From Macrostomum hystrix (lineage: Eukaryota; Animalia; Platyhelminthes), in assembly GCA_950097015.1 (NCBI GenBank), contig CATNEN010000035.1, forward strand, positions 1,488,001-1,552,000: a stretch of DNA of 64,000 nt. Reading direction: 5' to 3'. A program made the position numbers and the translations under genes. Below are positions 13,101 through 23,752 of this stretch, one piece after another (the stretch's first letter is position 1; every line of letters starts with the position of its first letter). The notes under the pieces are model-generated. The model was not told the DNA's origin, searched no databases, and saw nothing but the letters and a program-made list of their open reading frames with translations.

Positions 13101-14351
13101 CTATGTGGTCAGCGATACTCGCAATCTGTACAGCGTCTCATGACTGCTTTGGTTCTGATGGACGCGGCTGTAGGCGAAGCACTGATCACCTACTTTAGCT
13201 GGAAGAATGTTTCAGTTGATACTGCTGACAAACTGGTGCTTTCATATTTGACTAGCGAGTATAAGAATCGCACAAGTCTATTGAGAGACCACTGGACAGC
13301 TCAGTCATGCCCTGCTTTAGTCTCCACGGATAAGCCACTCGGTCCGGGCATAGGTGACTGGAATCAGCGATTCTGCAATGACAGCCACAGTTTTGAGGGC
13401 CTCACAGTGAACGTCACTTGCTCCGCTGGTCTGTGGCGTCCTCGATCACCTCAGATCACGTGTCGTCGCGACCCCGACGGTCGTCTGAGCTGGTCGTCTG
13501 AGCCTCGATGCGATCGAGCCTGGTCAGCATGGTCAGAATGGTCCCGCTGTTCTGTGAGTTGCGGCAGCGGTCTGCAAACAAGGCACCGGTGTCTTGGAAA
13601 CGATTGCATCAGGCGCGAGTTTGAAAGTCAGTCTTGCATCATAATCGATTGCTGTGTTGCTAGGTATGGCGATGGGAACTTCTTTAGGTGTCATCACTCA
13701 CTTGGAAAACAATGTATTCAAAAGGACCGCGTTTGTGACGGTTTGCCCGACTGCTTGGATGGCTCTGACGAATCCGGCTGTAATTTTATCCGCGCTGGCC
13801 AGCTGATTTCGCTTCGGGCCTTGCCATTTCCTGCCTATACAGTAAACTGCTACTGCGCGTCTAGGTGCCTCTTTCAGCCAATTTACTGCAACGTCAAGTA
13901 CTGTAGCAACTGGCACACCGGGTGCTCCGATACATACGCCTTGTTCTACATTTACTCACCGACGCGCCGACCCGGGGAGGTTATCCACAGTGGCGACACG
14001 GTTGGTTTCATGTACGATTGGGGTAGGCACAATTGGCTCAGCTGCACCTGGCGCGACAGCAGGTGCACAACGCGCAACTGCCCTGGTGGCGACGTCAGCC
14101 AAGTGAACGCTCGCTGCGGCGGCGAGAAGTTCATGCTCTTGTCGGTGCAAAATGATGGCCGTTGTCGAGACCAATTGAACTGCATAAATCGGCCTATCCG
14201 GCGTGCCGAGGCTGTGGCACTGAAGCACCCGTCAGGATGGCTTAGTGCCCCAGCCATGGACACGGATGTTCAGGTGCGAGGCTGTCTACAGCATCAATCA
14301 ATGTTGAGAGCGCCCGGCTGCCCGAATGAGGTGTGGCGAATCTACAACTGA
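10102..14351 (+). CDS. SE-cephalotoxin-like secreted protein, copy 2; exons 10102-10440 and 11523-14351, ~1055 aa
   Basis: Same splice sites as copy 1 (AAG|gtaatg at 10440; acag|AAA at 11523). Intact ORF with the same domains and a divergent C-terminal domain. Confidence 0.88.
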
Positions 14352-17300
14352 ACAGCCGAGTTATTGGCGTTTTGGTCACCTGTGCTGAAGAAACCTAATT
14401 GTGTTTTTGTGTAGGTTCAACTATTATCAGCTTAACTTTTAAATGTAAAAGGCTTTTTAAGTTTACTAAAAATGTAATACTCGTAACTTTCAATAATGTT
14501 TTTATTTTTAGTTAGCATGTCATTGTTTGCATACAAGATCGCATGTATAGCACAAGCTGATACGATCGTTTTTTCAGTCAGGAAACATCTTTTTTGTTCT
14601 ATTTACCGCGCATGCTGACCTGAGAAATAATTTAAATCAATTTGAGGACTTCGTCGTTTTAAAAACAATTAGGCATCATTTTTTAAAGATAATTGTTTAA
14701 AGTAAATTAATTTCTGCATTATAAGTCCTCATTAAGTATGCTAATCAATAGATGCAGCTTTTTTGCTTTCAGAAATTAATAAATTAGACGTCAACTTTAC
14801 TTAAAGCTAGCTTCTTTGTCTAGGTAACTCTTCATAAATGGATAGATGGGCGATTGAATATACGATGATCCATGATGGGTGGGTGAAATATACGACTGGA
14901 TGGATCGATGATTGGATGGGTAGAGAGATAGAATTCTAGAAAATGGGCTAAATATTGGTTGCGCACTTTCTGAAAGAATAGTCAAGCCTCTCGAGAAAGT
15001 CGAGATACGAGTGCTCAAAGATTCCGAGAACTTTTCACTCAGCGCAAGTGCATTAAGTACACCCTGTATAATAATCAGCACTGTACAGGTTTGCCAAGCG
15101 TTCAAATTTCATCAGCTGGTCAACCAGATTTTTCTGTAATCATAGCGTGGCACCAGCTGACTTAGAGCAGTATCTAAAATCATTTAAATTCTAATTATTT
15201 TTTGCTAATACGTTTACTAGATAATTCGATTTTTCAGGGGGTCAGGGGGTTGCATGTTTCCTACTAATATCTAAGTTCGTACCTTGCTTCGATAAAAGCC
15301 TCGCAGAGATAACGCTAAGTGTTGTTGCGCCTACTTTCAGTAAAGTATTCCGGTTGAAGCTATCGGGAAATACACTCGTACAAGCAAAATATGAAACGCC
15401 AGAACGACAGTCGTCAAAGCTTAGCAATTCGGTTTCTGTTGCTGGGTGGAAATTCCTTGAAGTCTGGCGGCGAGTTTTATGCGGTAAATAATGCTTGGCT
15501 TTTTATCAATCCGACTCATTCAGTGACTATAGATAATAGGTATTTCAAACTCGAAACGCACTTGGAAACAGGTTAAAACAACTACGAGCTAACTTTGATC
15601 GTTATCTCATTTGGGCGGTCTCAAGGAAAACATGAGAGGCATAAAATTTGGTTAGTATTTTTTCAGAACCGTTCGAGTTCCCAGTTAAATTGACAGTTTT
15701 GATAAGCCCATAGTAAATTCTAGAAATATGCGCGCATAGGTAAGTGCGCAATGAGTTGCATTTGGTGGTGTAAATGGTGGTGACAGATTTGAGTTATTGA
15801 ACCCTGCAGATATTGACGAATGCACCGACCTTTTATCGAATTGGATCTAAAGTTATGCCTTTTGCACCTGGCGAAAACCGAAAAATAATCACAAATCCGA
15901 TGTTGCACTTTTACATTTTCTGGCTTCATAAAGCTGCCATATGGTATTCATGGCTTAAAACCTTCTGTGCAGTGAGTGGCCCTTATGTACAACATGAAAT
16001 GCCAACATGTGGCCACATTTTCGACCAACTTCCTTCTGTAGCGTAGCGCTTTGTGCACGCGCATCTTTTTTCTTGACTTATTCGCTTTCAATATCATTTT
16101 GTTTTCTTGTCTTCTAGGTAGAGAGCGAACCCTAAATCACTTTACTGTACACCAACTATATGCGCCTTGCCCACCTCTGTACCCTGTTGCTAGCGCTTGC
16201 CAACAATCGTTATAGCGCCCCCCCCCTAAGGTGGATTGGTGCGGCAGCTCCAGGAATTTCATTTTAGTCCGAGCTTTTTGGCACTGGTGCACACCTACGC
16301 CATACACAAAGAGGCTGCTAGGCGCAGACTGCTATACGGGGAGTTCAGACTATTTTTAGAACCAGAGGGAGGGAGAGAAAGAGCAAAAAAGCACGTGATG
16401 CCGGGCTGGGGTGGGTGGTCGGCTGCCGGAGGGAGACGGGGCTGAGGGCAGTCAGTCTGCGAGGACCAACGAGGGGACAAATTTTCTAGTCCCGTCTCTT
16501 ATATCCAGTCTCTCAAATCGTGTGTATCTATCTCTTCCTTTGCACACATCGCAGACAGCTTGCCTGGCAGTGCGCCAAGCCCCTGTCCAGCATCTGACGA
16601 ATTTCGCCAAGGAAAATAAAAATAGATGAAAAGATACAAAATGGACATAAGCAAAGCTAGATGCTTCGGCATTAGGAAATGATGCATTCTTTATTGCCAA
16701 CTTGCTGGCCCGGAACTGCTATATGTATGTACGCCAACGATGTCTTGCTTGGTATGTGCTCTTCAATCATATTTCTCATGCAGCTCAGACAGCACGGCTC
16801 GTGAAAAGAAAAAAAGTTGTCAAACTAGGCACGCATCATGGAAGAATCACTCCCTGTCTAGCCAATGAGTTCAGCCGCACTTATTTACGCCAACGACTTG
16901 AATGACTTTTTCCAATCGTAAAGGAAACTGCGACTCTTTTCTATGCCAATTAGTCGTGACAGAGACAACATTAATGGTCTATGTTTCGCAGAGTCAAGTC
17001 CTCATCTTTATTGATCCCAGGCTTGGCTGTTTTGCAACTGACTGCACTATTAGGTCAAGTGTTGGCTATCGGCGGCAAAGCGTTATTTTTTTCTCCCAAC
17101 CGCCGCCACAAGGCATGTACTTTTGAGCATCGCTCGCATTAAATAGCGAAGGGAGGAAATCTGTGCCTCTGTACTAGTAGGCTTTCCAGTCTGCAACACG
17201 TCAGTGAGTGCGTTGTTGTTGTTGTCCCTGTCTGTCCTTCTCTACTATAGAAGGCCCTCAGACCGGATCAGAGGGCAGGGCGCGGCCTGCCGATTTTTCT

Positions 17301-17925
17301 GCTGTCGCAGTTTCTCACGCCTATCAGGGTCTGTTGAACTGGAGACGGGCACGTTTGCAGATCCCACTGCGCAGTCTGTGATAATAACAAACAACTGAGC
17401 TTCTTTTGTCTTGTCTACTCTGAGGCTTTCTTTTTGCTTTCGTTTTCCTCGGTCAAGTAACCGCAATGCTCACCCACTTATCGAAGATTTATTGTTCGCA
17501 AAGTCGCGTACTTCTTAGTTTCTTGCAGCAGGGCATGTAAACACGCTGATTGTTTCTGGACATAAATCTGAGCTATTTTGAACTGTCGTAGGTGGACTCA
17601 CCTACATTTTGGGCTATGAGCGGAGTGGAGTGTCGACTTTGAAGTTGGTGACAAACGAATTGCAAGGACAAGAAATGTTGGAACGTGAGACAAACAACTG
17701 GGATTAGAGAAGGACAAATCGTTGATTTATCTAACTATATCGTGACATTTTAGCTACGAGTAGAAAATGTCGACTGCGTTGCTGTTTTGTGACGCCTTTG
17801 AAGCTTCTTTTTTGAACATTTTTTGTATTTATGGTGTTATTAACCTACCAGCTCCGTCAGGTAGTTGCTGTGCTACTATCTAAGGCATAAAAGTTCAAGC
17901 AAATGGGAGCGATTCTGACGGCGCA

Positions 17926-18170
17926 GCCGGAAGGTTGCCAGCCGAGAGGTTTGCCAGCCGGAAGGTTGCCAGCCGAGAGGTTTGCCAGCCGGAAGGTTGC
18001 CAGCCGAGAGGTTTGCCAGCCGGAAGGTTGCCAGCCGAGAGGTTTGCCAGCCGGAAGGTTGCCAGCCGAGAGGTTTGCCAGCCGGAAGGTTGCCAGCCGA
18101 GAGGTTTGCCAGCCGGAAGGTTGCCAGCCGAGAGGTTTGCCAGCCGGAAGGTTGCCAGCCGAGAGGTTTG
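17926..18170. repeat. 31-bp minisatellite (GCCGGAAGGTTGCCAGCCGAGAGGTTTGCCA), ~8 copies
   Basis: Direct reading; 31-aa periodicity in the overlapping ORFs. Confidence 0.95.
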
Positions 18171-19578
18171 ACAGCAGAAGGAATGCAGAAGGAATCAAAA
18201 TAATATCAAAGTAAATGATAAAATCTGCGCATCGTTGCTCAATAGAGACAAAAACAGCTTGAGAAGTGCTAATGCACAAATTGCGTACTGGTAGCCACAG
18301 TTAGAGGAACAGAGGACTCGCTTCTCATGCAACGCCATATTTGTGGAGTCAGGTTTAGACCCTAGTCTATAAATACACTCGTTAATGGAGCTTCTGCTAC
18401 AATGGGTTATTTGGCATGTGTGACGACAGCTGCCCGCGCATTGCTACTACCAATTATCCTGTTCTCCCCAATATACTCCACCCATTCTTCTGCTAGCTCC
18501 CCGCTGATAGATCACTCAGCATTATTGCCAACCCGACGTTTTGCGTCACGCCAGTATGCATTGTGCCTATTTTTAGCAATAGAAAAAATAGAATTAGAGA
18601 ACCACTGAACCGGCGGTGGCACTACCAACATGCAGCTGGTGGACTCGAGAGTCTAAATTTGTGTGTGAAGAGAAATCGAATTACGCTCGGATAGACTAAA
18701 ATAGACCTGGCTTTCAAATAAGCCAAGCAACTGACATGACAAAACTGACTTCAATTTATTTTAGTTGGAATGAAAATGTGAGAATTTAAGTTTTTATCAA
18801 CAGTGACTCATTTGATCCCAACGGTGAAAACAATGTTTCAAATCCATTTTGCAGCAACAACAAACTATTTTAGCAACGGCACTCAATCGGCCTCTTTAAA
18901 AAATAACTGTTTACCGGTTAGATTTTTTTTAAATAGCGAGCGCTTGAAGGCTAAGTTAAGATAAGGCTTTGGAGAGGCAGAATTAGCGAGTCAGCACAGC
19001 AGCAGATACTCGAGGCAAGAAAAGTACTCAAGGGAAGATTTCACTGCTGCTTAATCTTTCGTCAGCTGGCTAATACGAGTATTTTTCTCTTTATTCCTCA
19101 TTTCCACTCCTGTGACGTATAAATAAAATCGGCAGTCATGCGACACAATGTACCATGTACATGATGTACATACTCATAATGTACACATGAAAGCGCCGAA
19201 GATTCAGTGCCATGCAAAGGGCAACGCCATTAATTATAGAATGTTAAAAACGGGCAAAAATAATAGATAAGAAGCAACAACCGATAGGGAGGAAGAGAGG
19301 GAGAGCAGAAGAGAAGTCAAAAGTACCACTGCAAGAGACAGCTTATCTTTAGCTTTGGCAAGCTCGGGGACTGCTTCACTTTAACAAGAGGACGGCAGGC
19401 TTGGCATGGCGCGCTCACGTGATTATTTCTGTATTTTTCAAGCTAAAAACACATGATTCGGTGACTTTCGAAGGCAAGGAATGCTAGCAACGTTCTGCTA
19501 TGCGAGCGTGTGGACTTTCCGGTCAGAGGCCAAACTCCACTGTTTTAGTCCGCGAACGATTTTACAAAACAGGAGAAC

Positions 19579-19988
19579 CTATTCTTTGGGGCGATTCTCT
19601 CGAGTGATTCTTTGGGGCGATTCCTAAAGTGATTCTTTGGGGCGATTCCCTAAAGTGATTCTTTGGGGCGATTCCCTAAAGTGATTCTTTGGGGCGATTC
19701 CGTCGAGTGATTCTTTGGGGCGATTCTCTCGAGTGATTCTTTGGGGCGATTCTCTTGAGTGATTCTTTAGGGCGATTCTCTCGAGTGATTCTTTGGGGCG
19801 ATTCTCTCGAATGATTCTTTTGGGCGATTCTCTCGAATGATTCTTTTGGGCGATTCTCTCGAGCGATTCTTTGGGGCGATTCTCTCGAATGATTCTTTTG
19901 GGCGATTCTCTCGAGTGATTCTTTTGGGCGATTCTCTCGAATGATTCTTTGGTGCCATTCTTTTGAGTTATTCTTTGGGGCGATTCCA
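19579..19988. repeat. 26-bp minisatellite (GATTCTTTGGGGCGATTCTCTCGAGT)
   Basis: Direct reading. Confidence 0.95.
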
Positions 19989-22069
19989 TTCAAAGACAAG
20001 GAATGCTAGCAATGTTCCGCAATGCTAGCGTGTGGACTTTCCGTTCAGAGGCCAAGCCTTTTCCCTTACGATGTACGATGTGCAGAAATCGATGAGCCTA
20101 AATCTACAGTGTGTGGATATTGTAATTGATACTCTAGTCACAATTAGAGGATTAATATTAGGATAGTGCGTGTTAGGATATTGCATACCTTTATCTAGCA
20201 CCACACCCTGCTATGAGTGACTGGGGTGAGTTTAGCTGAAAACTAAAACCTTGCCCAATTCGACTACTCAGGGCATCCAGCGCCTCAGTAAGAGAACCTC
20301 AGTCAGCCGAGTCTCTCCTGTCTATAAATGAGATCTGATAAACCTGTCAAAAGTACATGTGACCGATTAGCATGACTGCAGCAAACAGGCCAGTGCCACT
20401 GCACTTAAGAAGTCTGTTTGTGCAACCGTAACGGCTGACACTTGCACTACAGCTTGTAGTTTAGTAGTTCTGTGTCTCTAATTTTCTTCTCAGCTCAAAT
20501 AATTTGACAAAGCAAAAGATAAGTTTCAAATTTGTATTAACTTTCAAAAGCGGGTCTCAAAGCGTTTGAAAAAACTCGGAGAATATTTATTAGTTTTAAA
20601 GGACAGAAATTCCGGATTAACTCATAATATGACACGTAGCTGAGGCCTTTTAAAATATTTACATGCCTCACGGATTTGTACACATCACATGTGATGGCAA
20701 AAGGTGCGAAGAAAAGAAAAATCTTGACTCTGTTTAAACCGGAGGATGGGACAAGGACAGACCAAAAGCAATAATATTTAACGGGGCGGTCACAATTAAT
20801 TAGGAAATATCGCATTTCATAGAAGACTTACACAGCGGGCTAAGGTCAGAAAGTCAAGTGCGAAACACTGATTGATTGGCCATAAAATATGCAGGAAAAT
20901 ACAGGTGCGAAACAAAGTAAGGGAAGAAAGTCATGTATTTACAGACTCGACAAATACGGCTTTACCAATATAAGGAAATTTCATAGGATTGGGCTTGGCT
21001 AATAGCTGAGAATTAAAAAACGCCAAGCAAAGGTGTGGCTTAGCAAAGATTGCCCGCCGGCTGCAAAAGAAAACGAGGCCAGGTATAGGCAGGTGGACAC
21101 TAAACTAAACTGTACAATAACTTCATGGGCGCAATGAGTGGGCTATCTTTTATAGATCAGTTTTCTTGAGCAGACTTCGAGAAGGGCGCGATAGATAATG
21201 CATAAAGAGAAAAAACAACAACAACAAAAAACACAAAGCTTGGCGCAGAATCTACCGTTTAGGCTGAGAAAATCCATGTCGCGCCTTTACGGTGTAACTA
21301 GAGTAGAGAACAAACAGAACCGACTTCAAAGTCAATAGACAGCATAGAAAACAACTGGATTATGAAAATGTAATACACAGAGGATTGCATTGTGTGAGCG
21401 GCTTGCGATGACGCAGTTGGGACACTGGGCACTAAACGAAACGAAAATGATTTTAGTTCACCTGTTACTATAGGTTAATAGAACACAATGTTAGATACTT
21501 GTAACACAAACAGCAAGCGGTAGGAGGTAGCAGAGAGGGGACAAGGAGAGTGGGGGCGAGACAAAGACCTATCTGGAACCGCAACAAAAAGGTGGCGAGG
21601 TATTTGGTGTCAAATATATAATATTACCTAAATTTAGGCTTAGCCTAAATTCAATTTTTGCTAATACGAACTATTGAACTAATGTGCACTAATTTTAATA
21701 TTTATAATTAACCTTAAGGCCGATGCCACAGCCATAATAATTAGGGTGGGGGTTTGGTAGCACTTCGAATCAGGCGCCGATACGTAATTGTTGATGTTAA
21801 GGCAATTATAGGTGACAGCAGTCATTTTTTATTACACCCTGGCCTAAATTAGTGTCAATTTTACAGCAAGCACGCATACGCTACAGTCTCAACTATTAGC
21901 GTTAATAAACTGATCTATAAATAAGTAATTTTATTACTCGAGTGGCTAATTAGAAAATTCCTAAAACAGTTAGGTATTTACGAGCGAAAACAAGTGGAAT
22001 TGCTGGGAGCGGGCAGTTAGTTAGGTAGGTAGGCAGGTAGGCAGGCAGGTACGGCGTGCGCCGATCTTG

Positions 22070-23752
22070 TCAGGACAGGATGCAGCGCAGCAGGGCACTG
22101 CGATTGCGCTGGGCGGGCAGCGAGGCAAGGGCTTCGGCGGCGGCCTCAGGTGCGACGACTGGCAGGCGAGTGACGCGCGGTGTCTGGTCGTCGGCGTAGA
22201 AGTCGAATATTCCGCGCTTGCTGGCGTTGCCAGCGTGACCGTTAGAGAAGATGACGTTGTCCTTGAACTTGACGCAGTTTTCCTCGGCCTGATCTGTCCG
22301 GCTGCTTCTCTGCATGCGACTGCCATAGAGGAACATTTTCGGCCTGGACAGATTGGAGCAGGCAGGTGAGATACTGCTTATGTGCTTACACAGTTAGCTA
22401 CACAATATGTTGACTGCACTGCAGTTTATCTGATACGGGATGAATTCAAAACCATGCGGGCGCACTATTATTTTTCCTGGGCAGAGTGCAACTGATGAGA
22501 GTAGTAACTGCGGATGTGACTCAACAATTTAAAATCTCGTCACGTGACAACGTAAGGACATAAGGGGCTTATACTATTTGTGGACTTAGTTTCCTGACAT
22601 ATGACCTAAAACCTGGCTTACAATTTAAATGCATGGCCCAGTAGTTGCATATGCCATATGTATTTTGTAAAGTGCAGAGTTAAGTGTCTTGCTAAAGGAC
22701 ACAATTTGTTCCAGTTGAGTCGGGAATCGAACCCCCGACCTTCAAGTCGTGAGTCCGACGCCCTAACCACCAGGCTACAACCTCTTAAAGTACAGGAAGC
22801 ACAGGACAAGAAGGAAAGTATTAGCTAATTATTGTTGGCTAAATGCCAAAAATCTATTAGTTTATGCGCTATCGCAAGATATGCTGATCCCAACAGCTAC
22901 TCACTTGAGCCGCAGAACGAGGTCGTCGTAGAGCGAGTTAGTCGGCACCGAGTGGGAAATAAGCACGTCGATATTGTCAGGCACATTCGACCAGACCGTC
23001 TTCAATTCATTGACAGACTTGCCGAAGCCGCGGCCAACAGCGCCACGCCGGCTGGCGGACCATGGAACGCCGTAGAAGCGGACGCCCTCGATGACACACT
23101 CAGAGTCCTGCAGGTAGATGCAGTTAGGCAACAGCGCCTGCACTCTTTCCCGATCCTCCGAGTCGAAGAAGATCTCGTTCGGTCCGGGCACGAAGATCTT
23201 ATAGCGATGCGGCATGGCAGCGAAGAAGCTGTTGATGGCCTTGACCTGGTTCACAAACTCGGTGTCCTTGAAGAAGTGCTTCCGAAACTGGTAACTGCAC
23301 AGGTTGCCAGAGTGGACTAGTACATCGGCTTCAAACACAGCAGAACAGCCATTGTCGGACAAGTCGCAGGTGTCGCTAACGTGGGCAATACGAAGGAACG
23401 GCGACTTTGGATTCGGGCTGCCGACAACATAGACCTGCGGCTTGACCATAAGGTGTTCCTGCGGCTTATTTACAATTGGGTCCTCCTGGTCCCACTGCGA
23501 AGTGGAATTGCCAGTCTGCTGTGTCTGCTGCGAGCCGTTCATGTAGGCGTTTCCAGTTGCCACGTTGCCGGCTGGAAAAACAATCTGCCCTTGATGGCAG
23601 CGATGTGGCTGCTTCAAGCGGAACAGCCGCTTGAACGGCTTCAGTATCTGTGGAGATTTGCTGCTGACGGCTGCTGTAGATGCTAGTACTGCCGGGGCTG
23701 AATGATATGGGCTGTGCTCGAGAATGCCGTGGCTGGTTTGGCCAATGCTCAT
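22070..23752 (-). CDS. MPPED1/MPPED2-like metallophosphoesterase-fold protein, probably catalytically impaired; exons 23752-22905 and 22343-22070, 373 aa
   Basis: HVSDT, DVLVHSGN, YKIFVPG, IYLQDSEC.IEGVRFYGVPW, IDVLISH and RLKPK follow MPPED2 in order. Donor CTCAA|gtgagt and acceptor tccag|G give phase 2; spliced length 1122 nt. An in-frame stop at 23786-23788 lies upstream of the ATG. Confidence 0.85.
22670..22784 (-). mobile_element. SINE head and core inside the MPPED-like intron
   Basis: Reverse complement is GAGGTTGTAGCCTGGTGGTTAGGGCGTCGGACTCACGACTTGAAGGTCGGGGGTTCGATTCCC... Confidence 0.8.

Noticed and set aside
16236-17400. Short ORFs and splice-like sites
   Set aside because: No recognisable homology and no coherent gene model.
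17857-18279. Repeat-protein ORFs over minisatellites (also 19624-19999, 26235-27245, 37623-38213, 43870-44579, 46929-47581, 51873-52535, 58637-59181, 61403-61848)
   Set aside because: Stop-free tandem units open several frames and both strands at once; several lie in defined introns.
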